Source: Nitrososphaeraceae archaeon (lineage in GTDB: Archaea > Thermoproteota > Nitrososphaeria > Nitrososphaerales > Nitrososphaeraceae). Taken from it: 34,773 bases of DNA. Positions 30,709 through 34,773 of this stretch are shown in pieces. Made by a program: the position numbers and the translations under genes. The stretch is taken from contig DATFEP010000006.1 of the NCBI GenBank assembly GCA_035250975.1, forward strand, positions 1 to 34,773. The letters run 5' to 3'. Under the pieces are notes generated by a model. The model saw nothing but the letters and a program-made list of their open reading frames with translations. It did not search any database and was not told the origin of the DNA. The number at the start of each line of letters is the position of its first letter. The first letter of the stretch is position 1.

Positions 30709-32070
30709 TTAAAACTGCTGAACCTCCGAATCAGAGTAAGAAACATTCATACAGTCTGTAGATATAGATATGAGCGATAGTGGAATCACCTTAACATTAA
30801 ACTCTCCAGGATTTATTACCAAATTCAATTTAATCATTGCATTATTGTTCTCTGTCAGAAAAGCCTGATCGGATGGTATCAAATCCACTGTAATTCTTAA
30901 AGATATTTTCTGTTCTCCCTCTATTCCTACTAATTTTGAGCTATCGATTCCCGATACTACTTTATAATTTGATATTACATTTTGTGCATTAGAATCAATC
31001 TCAAAAATATTCTTACACGAAACAAATGGAGGGTTTAAAATGTTATTTTGGTTTGATGATCCCAAATTTGATAATTCTGTTTTAGATGCAGTAGAAGGTA
31101 ATAGACCGTTTTCCTTGGTACCTAACTTGACTGATGAATCTCTGTCAAGGTCAGATGGTACCTGTGCATTAGATGGAATAGCATGATCTAATTGTCCTAA
31201 TGGTACTATTTTTGTTCCTTCAGCTGAACTTTCAGATGAACCTTTATATGATGTCTGCGCATTTACGATTGGAATAAATTCGCAATTAGTCCATACTCTA
31301 TCTATAGTGAATCCAGCAACTTCGTGATTGTATGGTTCCTGATCTCCATATATTTTACCCTTAAAGATTGAATTGGTAGGTGTTAATTTTATTGTTTTAT
31401 CTGGATTGGTATTACTAGGTTTTAAATTTGCATTTACATTATCAAATAAGATTTCAAAAATTAGTTGTTGTACAGCATATTTTCTTGGATATTTACCATC
31501 AACAATTGAACTAGATGTTGTAGCGATTTCTTTTATCTTTGAAATGGATGTCTTTCCTTCAAAATTGTATGTGGCAGAAATAGGTCTGAATTGTGTACTG
31601 TCTTTTACCTTACACAAATCCATTGGCAAATTTTTGTCACTAGTTAGTGCAGGACCAATAACTCCAACGGTAGAAGATTCTAACTGATTGTCTGTACCTA
31701 TGTTGGTGTTTGCTGTTGTTGTTCCTGCTGGTGAACGACCAACAAATCCAACGGTATTGTCTGTACCTATGTTGGTGTTTGCTGTTGTTGTTGTTCCTGC
31801 TGGTGAACGACCAACAACTTCAACGCTAGAAGATTCTAACTGATTGTCTTTACCAAGTTTCGCTTTATCAAAATTCTCTGGGAATACACCAACAAATCCA
31901 ATCAAACTTGGACCTTCATTAAAATCAGCTTCATTAGGGAAATTAGTTTGTGCAAATGTTTTAACAAAAAACTTATGATCTGAAATTTCCAATGTATATA
32001 AAGTTAATATACAAATTATAAGAAAACCAAATAACTTAGTATAAAATGGAATACTCTCCTTTAGCAGCAA
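30709..32070 (-). CDS. Secreted hypothetical protein with Thr-rich N-terminal repeats and a probable internally duplicated Cys-bracketed domain
   Basis: Signal-like N-terminus ending TFA-Q; VGRSPAGTTT(T)ANTNIGTDN x2; domains LCK...WTNC and SCK...STDC. Confidence 0.8.
   Translation of the reverse strand: MLLKESIPFYTKLFGFLIICILTLYTLEISDHKFFVKTFAQTNFPNEADFNEGPSLIGFVGVFPENFDKAKLGKDNQLESSSVEVVGRSPAGTTTTANTNIGTDNTVGFVGRSPAGTTTANTNIGTDNQLESSTVGVIGPALTSDKNLPMDLCKVKDSTQFRPISATYNFEGKTSISKIKEIATTSSSIVDGKYPRKYAVQQLIFEILFDNVNANLKPSNTNPDKTIKLTPTNSIFKGKIYGDQEPYNHEVAGFTIDRVWTNCEFIPIVNAQTSYKGSSESSAEGTKIVPLGQLDHAIPSNAQVPSDLDRDSSVKLGTKENGLLPSTASKTELSNLGSSNQNNILNPPFVSCKNIFEIDSNAQNVISNYKVVSGIDSSKLVGIEGEQKISLRITVDLIPSDQAFLTENNNAMIKLNLVINPGEFNVKVIPLSLISISTDCMNVSYSDSEVQQF
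31670..31849 (-). repeat. Nested intragenic direct repeats (about 59-62 bp unit x2; about 23-bp unit x2)
   Basis: attgtctgtacctatgttggtgtttgct(gtt)3-4cctgctggtgaacgaccaacaa at about 31687 and 31756; tagaagattctaactgattgtct at about 31670 and 31827. Confidence 0.9.
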
Positions 32071-32273
32071 TACAATCTCATATAAATTTTATTTAATTTT
32101 GTTTTTATATATTTTTGAGATTTTTATCTATAAAAAGAGTACTAAAAAAAATATGGATGATTCTACTAACTGTTTGACTTATATATGAACCCGTACTGTG
32201 AAGCCAAATCAGACTCTAACATGTTCAACATCTTTACAGCAAGGGATTTTGACAAGAACTATTTACAGATAGC

Positions 32274-32620
32274 TGGACAGCATCCTCGTTTTCGGGAACA
32301 CTTTTCCCAATATTTTATGGATACTATTTTTTTTCATTACCAATATTTATCTCCTTCATCTTTTCGTCTTGCTGTCTTTTCTATTCTGAAATGAATTTGT
32401 ATAGTGTCAGATATCGTAGTGAGAAATGTATTCTCTATTGATTATAGTCTAAAAATGCAACTCTTATTACTCATTTCACTTCCTAATACTTTTGAAAATC
32501 ATTTGACTATATGTCTTCTTCTTAAGTGTCTTGTAATGATTCGATGTATCCATTGTATTCTGAAGTTTTTGGAACCAACAAAGCAATTTATTTATCTATG
32601 AATTTTTCAAGACATCAATG
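32274..32620 (-). mobile_element. IS3-family (rve integrase) C-terminal remnant with a putative right terminal repeat
   Basis: Minus-strand fragments PKTSEYNGYIES...TLKK...AFLDYNQ*RIHFSLRYLT resemble the rve tail (NGxxESFxxTLK...YNxxRxHSSLGYxTP). tggacagcatcctcgttttcgggaacactttt resembles an IS3-type terminus. Confidence 0.55.
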
Positions 32621-32730
32621 AATTAGTTTTCTTTTATGTACTTTCAATAATTTAGACCTGATACTTGGTAATATAAATTTCAGATACAGGTAGAAAAAAC
32701 CTTAAATATATTGTACTAAATATAAATACG

Positions 32731-33288
32731 ATGAAAAAAATTCTTATAATGACAAGTTTAGTCTTTGTATTATTATTTCAAACCTATTCGATGGGTGGTG
32801 CATATGGTGAACTTGGACTTATGAATTCTACAATCGAAGCTGATATATCCAATCAACTAGAATCGGCATCCGCCGGCGGGATCGCAGACTTAGCAGTAAA
32901 TGCCTCTAATTTTAAATTTAAGGATATTATTGCAGAAGGTAAATCAACCTTGCTGAATGTTCTAGATATAAAACCAAATACTCCAATTAAATATAATACA
33001 ATAGACTGTTTGCTTGGGACATATTGGTTCTTGCCGGAAGGTGCTAGTATATCTGAGGTTAACTGTGATAAGATAGCAGTTATTGGACATGGTGAGACCG
33101 TTTTGGTTAATAATCAAACAACATATAGAAATACTCCCACAGTAGCATCATCTTTACTTACGGCCGTTAGCCAAGGTATTGAGAAACCGATAAGAGGTTG
33201 TTTTCTATTTCAAGAGTCGCCTGCGATGGTTTCTGGGTACCATATATCCACGCTTGATTGTGGTAAACTGAATGTTTTATACAAATAA
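32731..33288 (+). CDS. Secreted hypothetical protein (4 Cys)
   Basis: MKKILIMTSLVFVLLFQTYSMGGAYG signal peptide; BRE/TATA-like aaaaaaccttaaata about 25 bp upstream. Confidence 0.8.
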   Translation: MKKILIMTSLVFVLLFQTYSMGGAYGELGLMNSTIEADISNQLESASAGGIADLAVNASNFKFKDIIAEGKSTLLNVLDIKPNTPIKYNTIDCLLGTYWFLPEGASISEVNCDKIAVIGHGETVLVNNQTTYRNTPTVASSLLTAVSQGIEKPIRGCFLFQESPAMVSGYHISTLDCGKLNVLYK

Positions 33289-33379
33289 TCTCTTTATTTT
33301 TGATAATTTTGTTATTCGATATTTTATGAATTGATGAACATATCGACATTCCAATGAAATTAGTTTTACTACTTTGCAT

Positions 33380-33790
33380 GTGTTAGTTGATCTCTTCCAA
33401 AAAAGCAGATCTCATATCAAGATGATGGCTTTTTGTTCTAAAAATATGTAGATGTTTTTTTGAAATCTGTAAATGATGAATAATGCTGGAACAAGAGGAT
33501 CATCTTTGACTATATTCCAGCATCCCTCATGTACCATAAACTCTGGAGATGCTGTTGGAAGACATAACATAATCAAACTTTTATTTATTGTCAGTAAAAT
33601 ATTGTAGTACATTTTTTGATCTATAATGTTGTTTTGCCTTATCCAGGAACAGATAGCATTTGGAAACTTTTTGTGTATTTTCTTTAGCCAATCTAAAAAA
33701 AAGTATTTCACCAATCAAACCAGTCATATTGTCTGAACAGTTGTCTCCTTCCAGGCTTGTGCCAAATAATACTCATATATACTGAAGATG
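33380..33790 (-). mobile_element. IS630-family transposase C-terminal (DDE) remnant
   Basis: LFGTSLEG.QLFRQYDWF...FLDWLKKIHKKFP...LPTASPEFMVHEGCWNIVKDD...HLDMR; frameshifted; homologous to the 18.8-19.1 kb remnant. Confidence 0.75.
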
Positions 33791-33803
33791 AACTATAATG
33801 TAT

Positions 33804-34772
33804 CTATTTTCCAAAATTAGCAGATTGATTTTTTGTAGTATTATTAAATTCAAAATTAGACCAAGGATTACCTCTGTAGATAAAGGAGGGAGCATTCACT
33901 GGATCCAGTTTAATAGCTTCCTCGTACAGTTTCAACGCTTCAGTGTTATTCCCAATTCTGAAGAGTACATTACCCTTAGCAAAATATGCGTTTGCATTTT
34001 TCGGATCTTCTTTAATCAAGCTATCGAAATAACTTAATGATTCGTTGAGTTTATTTTGTTTGTAGAGATCAAGTCCTTTTTGAATTAATATTGGAGAATA
34101 AGTACTGCGATCAAGTTCAAGGGCTTGTATAATCGCTTCCAACGCTTCTTGATATTTTTCCATTTTAAAAAGCACATCAAATTTAGAATAGAATGCCTTC
34201 GCATTGCTTTGACTGCTTTGATTATTTTCGATAGCTTTATCAAATTCCCTTAGAGCTTTCTTGAAATATGGAAGTTGGTCCGACATATTTTGATATGTGT
34301 CTGCGAGTTTTACAAACGCACTCCCTTTGTGAATATATGAGGAGGAATTAAAAGGATCCAGTCTTATTGATTTTGAATATTCTTTTACGGCGTCGGTATA
34401 GTTTCCAATATTTAGCAGAGCATTTCCTTTTTGAACATAAAAAGTAGGATCTATAAAAGATAAAGAAGTAGCTATATCATATTGGTTCAACGCTTCAGTA
34501 TTGTTTCCCATTCGTAACATTGTGTTGCCTTTGGCATAGTAAACTTCAGAATTATTTTGATCTAGCTCAATCATTTTATCGAAATAACTTAATGATTCGT
34601 TGAGTTTATTTTGTTTGTAGAGATCAAGTCCTTTCTCTAGGATAACGTCGTAATAAGAACCACCATTGCCTTTAAATGCTTGTGTAAACGATTCTAATGC
34701 TTCATGATATCTTCCAAGATTAAATAATGTATTTCCTTTATCATAGTAAACTTTTGTATTGTTGGGATCGAA
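33804..34772 (-). CDS. Tetratricopeptide repeat protein (5' end beyond the window)
   Basis: Repeated YYxKGNxL..LG.Y.EA...Y..AI.LDP units. The frame stays open from 34574 to the window edge (FDPNNTKVYYDKGNTLFNLGRYHEAL...), so the track's start is internal. Confidence 0.92.
   Translation of the reverse strand, partial: FDPNNTKVYYDKGNTLFNLGRYHEALESFTQAFKGNGGSYYDVILEKGLDLYKQNKLNESLSYFDKMIELDQNNSEVYYAKGNTMLRMGNNTEALNQYDIATSLSFIDPTFYVQKGNALLNIGNYTDAVKEYSKSIRLDPFNSSSYIHKGSAFVKLADTYQNMSDQLPYFKKALREFDKAIENNQSSQSNAKAFYSKFDVLFKMEKYQEALEAIIQALELDRSTYSPILIQKGLDLYKQNKLNESLSYFDSLIKEDPKNANAYFAKGNVLFRIGNNTEALKLYEEAIKLDPVNAPSFIYRGNPWSNFEFNNTTKNQSANFGK
34022..34634 (-). repeat. 58-bp exact intragenic duplication, offset 555 bp
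   Basis: tatcgaaataacttaatgattcgttgagtttattttgtttgtagagatcaagtccttt at 34022-34079 and 34577-34634. Confidence 0.9.
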
Positions 34773-34773
34773 T

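Noticed and set aside
32185-32601. Two plus-strand ORFs of 69 and 65 aa
   Set aside because: They overlap the antisense IS3 remnant and lack protein-like features.
33412-33714. 100-aa ORF as an intact gene
   Set aside because: A frameshift mosaic of an IS630 DDE fragment.

Overview
AT-rich archaeal chromosomal window, most consistent with a soil ammonia-oxidising archaeon of the Nitrososphaeraceae (Ca. Nitrosocosmicus-like). That call is an inference from the archaeal CDC48/VAT, TATA boxes about 25-30 bp upstream of start codons, a cyclase-REC protein, a TrmB/PLD-like sensor and the IS types. The left part (1-14 kb) holds CDC48, CorA, a Topo VI-A/TOPRIM-like gene divergent from an RHH-Zn regulator, tiny zinc-ribbon ORFs, a membrane sensor, a class III cyclase-REC and secreted repeat proteins. 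The centre (14.4-28.4 kb) is an accessory island of pro-proteases from four families, none with a signal peptide: two M14 carboxypeptidase paralogues with different predicted S1' pockets, a clostripain C11, a subtilisin S8 and a glutamyl endopeptidase S1B. The island also carries a stand-alone I9-like inhibitor, a carboxypeptidase-regulatory-like domain protein, an AA5 copper radical oxidase and a cationic amphipathic small protein. The right part has a frameshifted YncE-like propeller, secreted proteins and a partial TPR gene. Five decayed IS remnants (IS6 x2, IS630 x2, IS3), mostly not captured by the ORF track, lie between genes. A GC-rich palindrome, TTTTCGGCGCCGAAAA, occurs three times in intergenic DNA. 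No rRNA, tRNA or CRISPR array was seen.
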